Positions 10,960 to 20,947 are shown, counted from the stretch's first letter. The stretch is DNA of 64,000 nt from an uncultured Actinomycetes bacterium (GCA_963841735.1 CAWJDT010000001.1:1088001-1152000), one strand, 5' to 3'. The notes: generated by a model from the sequence alone, not told the origin. Made by a program: numbers and translations.

Positions 10960-12293
10960 CAGGCCACCGCGGCTTCGTCGGAGGTTGCTTCCACCGCTGC
11001 CGCGGCCGCTTCATCATCTCCGGATGTCGCGGGCCGGCTGATCTGGTGCCAGCGCACGCCGGGCGCGTGGGGGGCCTGGCTCTGCGCGCCCAGGTGGAAC
11101 CCCAGGACGCGTCTTTGCGCCCTGGCGAGATCGTCCATCAGCAACTCGATGGCCGGCGATGCCTCGCCCACAACGAAGACCAGGGTGCCGCCGAACCCCA
11201 GTTTGCTGCGCTCGCGGTCGAAGAAGTCGACGAATACGTGGTCCACGTCCGCGGTGGTCTTGGCAAGCGCCTCCAAGATGAGCGCAAGGTGGGCATTGCC
11301 GCTACTCGGCGCGATGCACGCGGGGTGCTGAGTGTCGGCCAACTTGGTGTTGGCGAAGAACCCGGTCTGCACATCTCTCTCGAGAAGGTGGCGGGCTACG
11401 GAAGCGGCCGTGCTGATCCCCAGTTCGAGATCCTCTTGAGATCGGTCCGCAAAGCTGTCAATAGCCAAGAACACGTCGACCTTGAGGTCGGTGGTGAATT
11501 CAAACAGCTTCACCTGGAGCGCTCGGTTGCGCGCAGTCGCCTTCCAGTGGATGCGGCGCGGGCTGTCGCCGTGCTCATACTCGCGCACCCCCATGAGGCG
11601 CGACGGATCGTCGAACACGCGCCGCTCCGACTTGGCGTCGCCCAGATGGGAGAGCGAGGGGATGCTGAGTTCTGTGAGCGTATACATGCGCGGATAGACT
11701 ATGAGGTGATCGATGTCGGACTGCACACGGCTACGTGGATGGAGACCGAAGATGTCGCCGGATGTCACCGTGAGGGGACCCAGACGATAGTAGCCGCGGG
11801 CCGACGAGTTCAGCCGCTGAGTGAAGGTGGCGGCAGAGTACCAGAGTAGAGGAGTCGATTGAGACAGAGTCACAAAGCCCGGCCGCTCCGCCGCTTCGGC
11901 CAACGGGTCCCCGCCGGCCCCGGCCGCGGGGCGGCCGGGCTGAAAGGATGGACCGGCCGGCAGGCCGGTGGACGTGGTCGCGGGAGTCACCAGCGAAGCC
12001 GGCACCTCGTCCTGGATCTCGATCCAAGGGAGCGGGAGTAACTTGCGATTGACCACGCGTAGCGTCAAGAACACTTCGTCACCGGGGAATACCCGTTGCT
12101 CGCTGAGCCGGCGCTCGCAAGTAACGCCCTTCAGACATAGATAGCTCCACAGCTTGGCCACGAGAGCCGCGGACAGCGCCAATCCAAGGAGCACCACGAT
12201 CGCCGAGTAACCGGCCCACGCAGCCAGTGCGAGTGCCCCGAAGCCTGTGATGATGACGGCGTTGTGAAGGAGGGGGCTAACGGGTCTTGCCAT
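10959..12293 (-). CDS. DUF58-domain protein
   Basis: RGYYRLGPL..SGDIFGL, LIVYP and GVREYEHGDSPRRIHWKATAR. Confidence 0.9.
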   Translation of the reverse strand: MARPVSPLLHNAVIITGFGALALAAWAGYSAIVVLLGLALSAALVAKLWSYLCLKGVTCERRLSEQRVFPGDEVFLTLRVVNRKLLPLPWIEIQDEVPASLVTPATTSTGLPAGPSFQPGRPAAGAGGDPLAEAAERPGFVTLSQSTPLLWYSAATFTQRLNSSARGYYRLGPLTVTSGDIFGLHPRSRVQSDIDHLIVYPRMYTLTELSIPSLSHLGDAKSERRVFDDPSRLMGVREYEHGDSPRRIHWKATARNRALQVKLFEFTTDLKVDVFLAIDSFADRSQEDLELGISTAASVARHLLERDVQTGFFANTKLADTQHPACIAPSSGNAHLALILEALAKTTADVDHVFVDFFDRERSKLGFGGTLVFVVGEASPAIELLMDDLARAQRRVLGFHLGAQSQAPHAPGVRWHQISRPATSGDDEAAAAAVEATSDEAAVA

Positions 12294-12391
12294 GGGGTGC
12301 GCATTCTACCACCGGGAGTCGCGGGCACCGGCGCCATGGCCGGCGCCGCGGGAGGCGCCCTCAGCGCCTTGTCACGCCCACTGCTGTTCTG

Positions 12392-13042
12392 TCAGCCGTC
12401 CTCGCTCGAGTGGACCTGCTCCCACCACTTGTAGTGGTGCTCCTTTGCCGTCTGCTCGTCCAGCCGGCCGGAGAACATGGAGGCCAGGTACTTCGTCCCG
12501 CCCTTGAGCAGCACGACATGACCGACGTGTCCGGCCAGGACGACCACAGCGCCGATGACAAAACCCACGTGGACGCCCACTGTCGCCTCAAACGCCCCTT
12601 CGCTCAGGCGGCCGCGCCCGGCGAAGAGAAGAACGCATCCGGTGACCACGATGCCAAGGGCGAGCACGGCGGCCAGCACGGTGGCCAGCTTCTGCCCCGC
12701 GTTGAAGCGGCCCTGTGGCGGCATCTCCCGGCGTAAGAGGGCGCCTCCGAGCACGGCCTTGCGCAGCCAGAGGCGGTCGTCGGCATCCCAATGGGTGATC
12801 TCCCGAAGGTCATCGACGAGTCGCCTTCTTGCGAAGAGCAGAAAGAGCACCAGCGGGAGCCCCACCATAACCAGGCCGATAGCGCCATGTATCGTGGCTC
12901 CATTGCCGGCGGCAGACGCAGACTCTTCGCGCCCCTCGCCCGCAGCCGATGCGGAAACGAGCGCTGCGACGAACAGCACTACGTACGCCCAGTGGCCTAT
13001 CCTCTCAGTCAGGACCCAGCGGAATATCCCCTTGTTTGCCAT
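12392..13042 (-). CDS. FdnI-like cytochrome b/b6 membrane protein (orphan)
   Basis: ERIGHW, conserved His residues in four TM helices, PPQGRFNAGQK and AKEHHYKW. Confidence 0.8.
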   Translation of the reverse strand: MANKGIFRWVLTERIGHWAYVVLFVAALVSASAAGEGREESASAAGNGATIHGAIGLVMVGLPLVLFLLFARRRLVDDLREITHWDADDRLWLRKAVLGGALLRREMPPQGRFNAGQKLATVLAAVLALGIVVTGCVLLFAGRGRLSEGAFEATVGVHVGFVIGAVVVLAGHVGHVVLLKGGTKYLASMFSGRLDEQTAKEHHYKWWEQVHSSEDG

Positions 13043-13317
13043 GTGGCGCTCTCCATGATCGGTCGAGTTCTCTTGGCTATTGTGTACGCTAGGCAGGTAC
13101 TACCCAAGCAGCGCTGGTTCGACTCGCGATGGATCATGGGAGCGCCGCCTGGGCCGGGCGATAGGACGCTCTAGCTCACCATGCATTGCCCTTTGCCGAA
13201 CGCCCCGGTGCCCCGCATCTCTTCAACAATGATACTGTCGGCGCATCTCGGTGCTGCGAAGATCCGCGGCGTGGCGATACAATCGGTGGCAATCGACACC
13301 CAACGTGGAGGCAGATC

Positions 13318-14832
13318 TTGGCTAGGCCGGTAGGCTTTGACAACGAGAGGTATCTGGAGGAGCAGAGTCGTGCGATCGTGGAACGCGCGAGCACGCTCGG
13401 CGGCAAGCTCTACCTCGAGTTCGGGGGGAAGATCGCATACGACTACCACGCCGCTCGGGTGCTTCCCGGCTATGACCCGAACGTCAAGATCAGCCTGCTG
13501 CGGCGGTTGAGGGAGCAGGCCGAGATCGTGGTCTGCATCTACGCCGGCGCCATCGAGCAGCGCAAGATGCGGGCCGACTTCGGTATCCCCTACGATCAGG
13601 ACGTGCTGAAGCTTATCGACGACCTGCGCGATTGGGATCTGCTGGTGCGTGCGGTGGTCATCACCCGCTACGAGGACCAGCCCTCGGCGCGCGTTTTCAA
13701 AGCGCGGCTCGAGCGTCGTGGCCTCCCCGTCTACACCCACCGGTTCACGCGCGGGTATCCCACCGATGTCGACCGTATCGTGAGCGACGAGGGGTACGGG
13801 GCGAACGAATACATCCCCACGGAGCGGCCGGTGGTGGTCGTGGCAGGCCCGGGCCCGGGGAGCGGCAAGCTGGCGACGTGCCTCTCCCAGCTCTACCACG
13901 AGCACCGGCGGGGGACAACGGCCGGCTATGCCAAGTTTGAGACTTTCCCTATCTGGAACCTGCCGGTCAAACACCCGGTGAACGTGGCGTACGAAGCCGC
14001 GACTGTGGAGTTGCGGGATGTCAATCTCATAGACCCGTTCCACCTGGAGGCGTACGGGGAGAAGGCGGTCAACTACAACCGCGACGTCGAGGCGTTCCCC
14101 CTTCTTGCCAGGATACTTCAGCGCATCGGAAGTGCGGCCGGCTACCGCTCGCCCACCGATATGGGGGTCAACCGCGCGGGCTTCGCGATCGCCGACGATG
14201 ACTTGGTGCGCGCCGCGGCCGGGCAGGAGATCATCCGCCGGCATTTTCGGTACGCGTGTGAGTACGCGGTGGGGCTGGTGGAGCGGGAGGATGCCGACCG
14301 CTCACAGCTGATCATGAGCGAGCTGGGGCTGGATGAGACGAAGCGCAGCGTGGTGCCGCCCGCGCGCCAGGCGGCCGCCGACGGTGAGGCTCGGTACAAG
14401 GGCAACGACGGGGTCTTCTGCGGCGCGGCGATCGCTCTACGCGACGGCAGCATCGTCACCGGGAAGAACTCTCCGCTGATGCACGCCGCCTCGGCCGTGG
14501 TGCTGAACGCGGTGAAACATCTCTCCCACATCCCGGACGACATGCCCCTGCTCACACCCAACGTGATGGAGTCCATTGCCGGGATGAAGAAGAACATCCT
14601 GCGGATGAAAGCTGTGAGCCTCGACCTGGACGAGATGCTGATAGCCCTAGGCATCAGCGCCACGACTAACCCGGCGGCATCCCTGGCGCTGGAGCAACTG
14701 AAAGCACTCGTGGGCTGCGAGTTCCACACCACCCACATCCCGACAGCCGGGGACGAGGCGGGGCTGCGCAAGCTAGGGCTCAACGCAACCAGTGACTCCC
14801 AGTTCGCGACGCGGTCCTTGGTGATCGGGTAG
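13318..14832 (+). CDS. DUF1846 family protein
   Basis: GFDNERY, KLYLEFGGK, PGPGSGKLATCLSQLYHE, YAKFETFPIWN and SPTDMGVN; TTG start after GGAGG. Confidence 0.9.
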   Translation: MARPVGFDNERYLEEQSRAIVERASTLGGKLYLEFGGKIAYDYHAARVLPGYDPNVKISLLRRLREQAEIVVCIYAGAIEQRKMRADFGIPYDQDVLKLIDDLRDWDLLVRAVVITRYEDQPSARVFKARLERRGLPVYTHRFTRGYPTDVDRIVSDEGYGANEYIPTERPVVVVAGPGPGSGKLATCLSQLYHEHRRGTTAGYAKFETFPIWNLPVKHPVNVAYEAATVELRDVNLIDPFHLEAYGEKAVNYNRDVEAFPLLARILQRIGSAAGYRSPTDMGVNRAGFAIADDDLVRAAAGQEIIRRHFRYACEYAVGLVEREDADRSQLIMSELGLDETKRSVVPPARQAAADGEARYKGNDGVFCGAAIALRDGSIVTGKNSPLMHAASAVVLNAVKHLSHIPDDMPLLTPNVMESIAGMKKNILRMKAVSLDLDEMLIALGISATTNPAASLALEQLKALVGCEFHTTHIPTAGDEAGLRKLGLNATSDSQFATRSLVIG

Positions 14833-14845
14833 GGCGACGCTGCGG

Positions 14846-14892
14846 TCGCCCCGATGACGCGAAGACCCGGTCTCGCCGACCGGGTCTTCGCG
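14846..14892. terminator. Hairpin between convergent genes; partial junction repeat R0
   Basis: CGCGAAGACCCGGTC-TCGCC-GACCGGGTCTTCGCG perfect inverted repeat; its left arm matches the GACGCGAAAACCCGG core of the repeat. Confidence 0.7.
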
Positions 14893-14900
14893 GGTGAGTC

Positions 14901-15155
14901 TCAGCTGCTATGCGCCGGCCGCTGCTCTTGCCGGCTCTTCTGCAGGTACTCGATGTACTTGCGGATGTAGCGCATGAAGAGGATGGCGCGGTCTTGGGCA
15001 AAGAAGGTCGCTGTGCCCGCCTCGGAGACGGGAACCGGGAACTCGAACCCGCACTCGGTGCCGTACCACAGCTGTCCGTCGCGGTAGAAGAGGAACGAGA
15101 CCTTCTGGTTGTCTTTGACCATGTCCTTGATGCTTCTTGTGTTGAGGCCGCTCAT
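14901..15155 (-). CDS. Small conserved hypothetical protein
   Basis: AGGAG RBS, typical codon usage and a protein-like FYRDGQLWY.TECGFEFPVP..AILFMRYIRK sequence. Confidence 0.75.
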   Translation of the reverse strand: MSGLNTRSIKDMVKDNQKVSFLFYRDGQLWYGTECGFEFPVPVSEAGTATFFAQDRAILFMRYIRKYIEYLQKSRQEQRPAHSS

Positions 15156-15435
15156 GCCGTAGCTCCTGTCTGTGATATCGGATGTATCAAGGAGGGAGGG
15201 GCGGCCCGAAGCCTCGGCTCTACAAAATGCAGCAGTCAGCGCGAGGGCAGACGCAGCATTCTGTCAAGGGATTTGAGTTGCGCGCAGAGTCGGAGGCTAG
15301 CGAGCCGCCGGCGGATCCGGAAAGTCGTCCGGCAGGACGACTGCACCTCGTATAGAGAAGAAGCTATGTGTATTCGCTGTGCGCATGGCTGCGGGATTAT
15401 AGCCAGCCCCTTGGGGCACGTCAAAGCTGCCCCCT

Positions 15436-15478
15436 AAGCGGAGAGGGGGGCGCGAATTCCCGGAACCGCTTGCGCGGT
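15436..15478 (-). repeat. Degenerate tRNA-Ser 3' half (att-like scar F1)
   Basis: AAGCGGAGAGGGGGG matches 23524-23538; variable arm ACCGC-GCAA-GCGGT; T-loop degenerate. Confidence 0.75.
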
Positions 15479-15558
15479 GTACCCGGGCACATGGGCTCAG
15501 GGGCGAGCGCCACCCCTACCCGGATAGCACTCAGTGATACTCAGTTGACGAAGGTTGG

Positions 15559-18501
15559 TCAATTCCTGCCGGAAAGGACGCGGTCGACGATTTCGTCGAC
15601 CAAGAGCAGGACGTTGGTCTTTTGCGACTGTGCGAGATACGAAACGACAAGGTATCGGTCACGTGTCCACCAGACACCCGTACTAGTGTACGAAACGTTA
15701 CCCACGGTGGCGCTAGCCGTCGATCCGCTTCCTGCGACGCCGTTGATCGTTACCTTGAAGAGGGAGATGCGAGGCACGACCTCTCTTCCTGAGAGATCGT
15801 AGATGGGCAGCACAGAACCCTTGAAGAAGGGTGAGCCAAGGCTATCGCTAACTTGCTTTGGAGTCTGCAATCCGTAGATCGTCACCACGCCGCCTTCGCC
15901 CTGGTAGTTGAACCCCACCTCCCATGCCTCGCACCCCGAACCGTTGTATATGTTGAAGTAGTCAGGGTGGTACTCCAACGTGATAACCGTGACCCCCGCA
16001 TCCTCGAGAGCAGCCCGTAGTGTCAGGTCGGTGAGCGACGTGGGCACTGTCACCGTGACGGGCGGAGCGGTCGTCGTGGTCGGTGCTGACGTGGTGGTGG
16101 TCGATGCCTCGGGGGAGGCGGCTACTAGAGGCCATTTATTGCCCGCCCGATCGACCACCTGCACCACCAACGTGTCGCCTGCGTTGATCTGATCGCTCTC
16201 AAAACGCTGACGCAAGCCGTCGGCCGGAACGGGGACGGGCGACGCGGTCAAACGCACGCCGTCCTTGTAGACGTGGTAGCCGTGGATGAGATCCTTGGGC
16301 ATGTTGCCCAGCTTGGCAGTGGACCAGGTGACCGCCCCGTCCTCCACCTCGGTGACCGGAGGCGGCCGCAAGAGATAGTACACGACCTCCACCTGGGCGG
16401 TCTGGGTGGTGCTGGTGTTGGCGATCAGTTGCTCCAGCTGTTTCTTCCTACTATCTAAGCTATCCATGCGGCCGAAGTCCGCCACTGTGAGGGTTTGGGG
16501 ATAGGGAAAGCCCAGACCCGCGTCTATGGCCACCGCGCTTTGATAGGCGGCGTTGTTGGTGGCGACAAAGTCGTAGGCGGCGGACTGAAGTGCGCCTCCG
16601 GTCGAGCCGCTGCCGTCGATCACGAGCAAGGCGTTGTCACTGTTGCGCCCCTGCAAGTAGACACCTGTCGTGCTAAGCGGCGGCAGGGCGCGGGTGAGCT
16701 TGATGTAGGTGGTGTACTCGTCGAAGTCAGTGGCAGAAGCGTGCTGCTGCTTGCTCGCATAGGTGGTGACGTTGGACTTGAAAGTGCGGTTGGCCCCGCC
16801 GAAGTCTTCTGGCGCGGACATGAGTGCGCGCACATACGCCCCGTAGGCCGCCCCGATACCGCCGGGCTCTCCGTGCAGCTCCAGAGCTCTACTGAACTCA
16901 GCCACGTCATCCCGGCTCGAAGGATGATCCGAGCCGTCGACAATGACTGTGGGCACCAGCGACGCGCCGTAGCGCTTGGAGCACCAGTCGAGAAAATGGG
17001 CGGCGGCATAGTAGCTGGAGACGTCCGAGGTGGTGAGCGGGATGGAAAGATAGACGTCAGCGACCACCGACGGACTGGCGTAGTGCAGGCCCCGCTCGGC
17101 CTCAGAGAGACCGCGGGCCCGCGCGGCCAGATATTCGGCGGCGGCTTCGAAGAACCAGCGGTTGGTGGCGGCACCGCCGCCGGTATAGTACTGATCGCAG
17201 AGAAGATGGGTGAGCTCATGGGTCGCCACCTGTTCCAACTCTTTGTAGCTGCCGAGCCGGCTGTTGGAGATCTTGACGGTTCCCCAGAACAAGCTGGTGC
17301 TTCCTTCGACCGCGCCGGTGTTGGTGACCAGCACTTCTTGGGCCCCGTCCATCTGTCGGAACAGAGTAAGCGCGGCCGTGAATTGCCTGATCTCAAGCAA
17401 GCCTGCATAGCCGGTTTCCAGGGCATGCGACAGGTCTTCCACGTAGTCAGGCACCTTGGGCAGACTGACCCAGGGGTTGCTCGAGGGCCAGTCTGCATCC
17501 TTGCGGACACTGTACGACACGCCGGATATGGGGTAGTAGGTAACTTCGAACTTGTGGTCGCCGGCAGGGACGTAGGTCATCCAGTTGCTCATGAAGTGAA
17601 GACGGATGCGGTAGCGAGACTGGGTGGATCCAGAAGCCAGCGCGGTTGCGGGCGCCCGTCTGGGCGGATACCGGCCGACGGCCACCTGAGCAGACGTTGG
17701 GGGTGAGACGGCCGGCGCTAGGGCCACCCGGCTGCCGGCGGCATAGGAAGCATAGGGAACATCGAACATCACCCGCTGGGTGGTCTCGTCATAGTCCACC
17801 ACCCGACCTACCGGCTCCCACTGGCCGCTTACCGGATCAAGCGCCTCCGGCGTCAGCCCGGCCGGATCCCACCCGGCAGGCAGTAGGTCTGTCGCCAAGG
17901 GCAAGGCTACGATCACATCACCGCTGAGGGCAGAAGCATCGTTCGCCCGGAGTGCGTACTCACCCGAGACCACCTGGGAGTCGTCAACGATCTGACCGGA
18001 GGGAGCCGTGACCTGGGTGAGGGTCGCATCTGGTCCAGGGGTCCCCCCGAAGGCCGGGAAGGTGACCGTCGCTCCGTCTGCCGCGGTCACCACCACCGGG
18101 TCAAGTGAGGCCTGCGCGATACCAGCCCCGCTGCTTCCATCATGCAGGAGGCCGAAGTAGATTCCGAATCCAGCGCCCACGATGATGAGCGCAACGACCG
18201 GGAGCAGCCAGGCGAGCACGGAGGCGCTGCGCTGCGGCGGCGACGGGACGGAGGGTAGCAGAAGCGTGGGCGCCGGCGCTGCCGTCCCGGCCGGCTGCCG
18301 CTCGCCAGTGAGTCCCGGCACCTGAGAGGCGGGGAGCCACTCCGGCAGCTCTATGTTCCACACCAGATCGTTCGGGCCGATGGTCCCATTCTGGGCATAC
18401 GTGTAGAGTTGTCCCCAGGAGAGGGGGCCGGTCTGAAGACCAGCGGGTGAGCCTTCTTTGCGGTGGTACCAGCCGTATGCCAGTGAGCGTGTCTCGGCCA
18501 C
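15559..18501 (-). CDS. Membrane-anchored putative zinc metallopeptidase with N-terminal GYF_2 (DUF4339)-like domain
   Basis: WY..GPLSW..L......I..NDLVW....EW.PA N-terminus, TM helix, ATHELTH (HExxH) and WFFEAAAEY; GTG start after GGAGG. Confidence 0.7.
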   Translation of the reverse strand: MAETRSLAYGWYHRKEGSPAGLQTGPLSWGQLYTYAQNGTIGPNDLVWNIELPEWLPASQVPGLTGERQPAGTAAPAPTLLLPSVPSPPQRSASVLAWLLPVVALIIVGAGFGIYFGLLHDGSSGAGIAQASLDPVVVTAADGATVTFPAFGGTPGPDATLTQVTAPSGQIVDDSQVVSGEYALRANDASALSGDVIVALPLATDLLPAGWDPAGLTPEALDPVSGQWEPVGRVVDYDETTQRVMFDVPYASYAAGSRVALAPAVSPPTSAQVAVGRYPPRRAPATALASGSTQSRYRIRLHFMSNWMTYVPAGDHKFEVTYYPISGVSYSVRKDADWPSSNPWVSLPKVPDYVEDLSHALETGYAGLLEIRQFTAALTLFRQMDGAQEVLVTNTGAVEGSTSLFWGTVKISNSRLGSYKELEQVATHELTHLLCDQYYTGGGAATNRWFFEAAAEYLAARARGLSEAERGLHYASPSVVADVYLSIPLTTSDVSSYYAAAHFLDWCSKRYGASLVPTVIVDGSDHPSSRDDVAEFSRALELHGEPGGIGAAYGAYVRALMSAPEDFGGANRTFKSNVTTYASKQQHASATDFDEYTTYIKLTRALPPLSTTGVYLQGRNSDNALLVIDGSGSTGGALQSAAYDFVATNNAAYQSAVAIDAGLGFPYPQTLTVADFGRMDSLDSRKKQLEQLIANTSTTQTAQVEVVYYLLRPPPVTEVEDGAVTWSTAKLGNMPKDLIHGYHVYKDGVRLTASPVPVPADGLRQRFESDQINAGDTLVVQVVDRAGNKWPLVAASPEASTTTTSAPTTTTAPPVTVTVPTSLTDLTLRAALEDAGVTVITLEYHPDYFNIYNGSGCEAWEVGFNYQGEGGVVTIYGLQTPKQVSDSLGSPFFKGSVLPIYDLSGREVVPRISLFKVTINGVAGSGSTASATVGNVSYTSTGVWWTRDRYLVVSYLAQSQKTNVLLLVDEIVDRVLSGRN

Positions 18502-18673
18502 GGTGCCTCCCACTAGGTTAGGCGATCCCGCGCGCCTTGTCGCCCAGGAGTTGCCGTCCTTCATTGTAGGAGAAAGTCGTAGAAGAGCCAACCGGGAAGA
18601 CGGCTATCGACGTCGGGTGGGTTGGTGGGTGCGATCTCGTCCGCCCCATTCGGTCCCCTGGTGACGTCCGCTT

Positions 18674-18740
18674 GTGAGTGTTGTCGACTTTGCCCCCGAA
18701 CTCGCCCCAAAGACGCCAGAACCCGGTCTCAGCGACCTGG
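18674..18740. repeat. Junction repeat, copy R2
   Basis: TGAGTGTTGTCG..TTTGCCCCCGAACTCGCCCCAAAGACGCCAGAACCCGGTC abuts the stop codon at 18741. Confidence 0.85.
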
Positions 18741-20117
18741 CTAGACCGTCCTCGGAGGCTGATTGTTTCCCTCGGCCGGTAGCGCATTGCTGGAGCTGAG
18801 CTCATCCGCGCTAGCGGGCAGAGCTCGTTCCACTGCTCTGTAGCGAAGTTCGATAGTACCGAGATCGTTCGGCTCAGGTACCGACTCTCGGCTCGCCCGC
18901 CAAAGCATCTGCGCTTGGCTCATCAGCGCAGCTCGATTCGACTCGTGCTGCACACCGGGGGTCAGCGAGGCGATAGCCTCGAGCAGGCGGAGGATCACCG
19001 GGACGCTTTCCCTCCCGTATTGTCGTATCTGGCTGAAGGCCGCGTCGACCAGGCCGGAGTAGGTCAACGGATAGGTGACCAGTCTCACCTCGCCTTCGTA
19101 GCTCAGGACCGCCGGAGGGATGCGCCGGCCCCCGACCATTCCCAGGCCATCGGCGAGTTGATCGATGCACGCGATAGCCGTGTCGGGATCGTTGATCCCC
19201 GGGGAAAGCGAGCGCACGGCTATCTCTACCAGTTGGTCGATCGCAGACTCCACATCCGGATTGAGAGATCTCTGCGTCCCGAGGGTGAAGCACTCATTCA
19301 ACTCCCCCGCGAGTTCCTCGGTTGGCGTCACTTCCGGCCAGGCGTCCAGCAGCTTGCCTCCCTGGATCAGGAAATGTCCCACGCGGTGCTCGAGACGGAG
19401 TACCAGTCCGTTCTCGTGAGCCAACTTCAGCAGCCGGTCCTGGTCGAGCGCCTGGATGTATCCACTACCTTCGGCCGCGATCTCCTGAGCCCCCGAGGGG
19501 AAGCCCTCAGGCAGGCTCCGGCCTGGCCGCCGCTCCGCCCGTTTGCTCTCCGTCTGGGGGAAGAGATGGTCAATGGCAACGCGCAGCTCGCGGCCGCTGG
19601 TGGCCACGATGGACTCCGCCCTTATCGAGAAGACGGCATGATCTATGAAGTACACGAGGAGGCCTACGCCGGCGATGGCGAAGAGGATGCCCACCGTAAG
19701 CGAGATATAGGGTACGAACTGTGGGGAGCCGGTGCTCCGCACCGTGCGCAAGACGAGAAGACAATAGATGAAAGCGGCCAGAAACGTGCCCAGCACGAGC
19801 TGATATCCGCGGTCCCTGATGAAGTTCCTGAGCAAGCGAGGCCCGAACTGCTGTGAGGCCATTGAGAGTCCCACGATGGTAATCGAGAACGTCAGTGCGG
19901 CCACCGTGATCATCGATCCAGAAATGGTCGAGAGAAGGATGCGAGCCCCCTCCGGTCCTCCCTGGTATATCCAGCCGGGCACCAGGGCCCCGCTACTTCC
20001 GATGGCGTGATCGACCCAAGGTAGGAGAAAGGCGAGCCCGATGGCACCGGTCACCATTGCGGCGGGCACGAACCAGTAGTTGTTTATCAGGCGGCCTCTC
20101 AAGCGCGTCACCTCCAC
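18741..20117 (-). CDS. DUF2254 family membrane protein
   Basis: YWFVP, ARILLSTISGSMIT, ASQQFGPRLLRNF and EIAVRSLSPGINDPDTAI. Confidence 0.88.
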   Translation of the reverse strand: MEVTRLRGRLINNYWFVPAAMVTGAIGLAFLLPWVDHAIGSSGALVPGWIYQGGPEGARILLSTISGSMITVAALTFSITIVGLSMASQQFGPRLLRNFIRDRGYQLVLGTFLAAFIYCLLVLRTVRSTGSPQFVPYISLTVGILFAIAGVGLLVYFIDHAVFSIRAESIVATSGRELRVAIDHLFPQTESKRAERRPGRSLPEGFPSGAQEIAAEGSGYIQALDQDRLLKLAHENGLVLRLEHRVGHFLIQGGKLLDAWPEVTPTEELAGELNECFTLGTQRSLNPDVESAIDQLVEIAVRSLSPGINDPDTAIACIDQLADGLGMVGGRRIPPAVLSYEGEVRLVTYPLTYSGLVDAAFSQIRQYGRESVPVILRLLEAIASLTPGVQHESNRAALMSQAQMLWRASRESVPEPNDLGTIELRYRAVERALPASADELSSSNALPAEGNNQPPRTV

Positions 20118-20246
20118 CTGCGCTGGCGTTGAATTCTAGGCGTATCCCATTGGTACCCTGTTTGCACCGATCCTGCGCACGGTAGAGCAAGGCCGCTCTG
20201 TGCCCTGGGCGCTCCTATACCTTCAGCCCCTCCCGCTGATGAGGAC

Positions 20247-20313
20247 TTTGCCTCCGACATGCCGCCGAGCTCGCCCTAAAGACGGCAAGACCCGGCCTCT
20301 CAGATCGGGTTCC
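20247..20313. repeat. Junction repeat, copy R3
   Basis: TTTGCCTCCGACATGCCGCCGAGCTCGCCCTAAAGACGGCAAGACCCGGCC plus hairpin, at nearly the same spacing from tRNA fragment F2 as R4 from the intact tRNA. Confidence 0.8.
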
Positions 20314-20336
20314 AGTGCCCATTCTTGGCTTTGCTG

Positions 20337-20380
20337 AGCGGAGAGGGGGGATTTAAACCCCCGGGACCGTTTGCACGGCC
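20337..20380 (-). repeat. tRNA-Ser 3' half (att-like scar F2)
   Basis: GCGGAGAGGGGGGATTTAAACCCCCGG versus GCGGAGAGGGGGGGATTCGAACCCCCGG in the intact tRNA; variable arm GGCCGT-GCAA-ACGGTC. Confidence 0.85.
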
Positions 20381-20455
20381 CTTAGAGGCCTGTGGTGCGT
20401 GGTCAACAGCGCCTATGGGCTCTTCAGTACGCGGGAACGGCCGATAGGCAACGAC

Positions 20456-20947
20456 TCAGTAGACGCCCGCCGACCGGAACGCCTCCTTCACGTCCGAGAG
20501 AAGATAGATCACCTGCAGCTTGTACTTCTCCGACGTGGTCCTGATCGTGACCTGATCGGGCCCCGTCCCGTCGGTGCCCGTCCCCGTCTTGTACTTCACC
20601 TTCTTGATCGTCCCGCGGTCGATTGCGAAGTTGCCCGGTGACTCGGCGAGCGCCGCGTCCGGCGGCATATGCAGGTACACCTCATGGTAGTTGGACGTCG
20701 CATCAAGCTGCGCCCCCCACTGGCCGAGGAAGCCCTTGCCCTTGGCCTTGGCGTCACCGCGCGCCTGATTCATTGTCGCGGCGACCCTTTCCTTCGTATG
20801 CTCAGCGAAGATGATCCGGCGGTCGGTGAAAACGAGCGAGTACCTCGTTGGTTTCATGCCCATGAACCCGCCGACCCGCATGAGGTTGCCAACGGTCGCG
20901 ATGATACGTTCGCCTCCGAGAGGGGCGAGTACTGGCGTGTCTATCAT
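20456..20947 (-). CDS. Hypothetical protein (PH-like fold possible)
   Basis: AAGGAG RBS before MIDTPV; YSLVFTDRRIIFA motif. Confidence 0.65.
   Translation of the reverse strand: MIDTPVLAPLGGERIIATVGNLMRVGGFMGMKPTRYSLVFTDRRIIFAEHTKERVAATMNQARGDAKAKGKGFLGQWGAQLDATSNYHEVYLHMPPDAALAESPGNFAIDRGTIKKVKYKTGTGTDGTGPDQVTIRTTSEKYKLQVIYLLSDVKEAFRSAGVY

Noticed and set aside
15436-15478. F1 and F2 as functional or split tRNAs
   Set aside because: No 5' half, D-arm or anticodon nearby, and the T-loops are mutated.
20236-20262. CTGATGAG (and CTGAGGA near 29463-29469, minus strand) as hammerhead ribozyme cores
   Set aside because: No correctly placed stem II-GAAA-stem III-NUH could be built.
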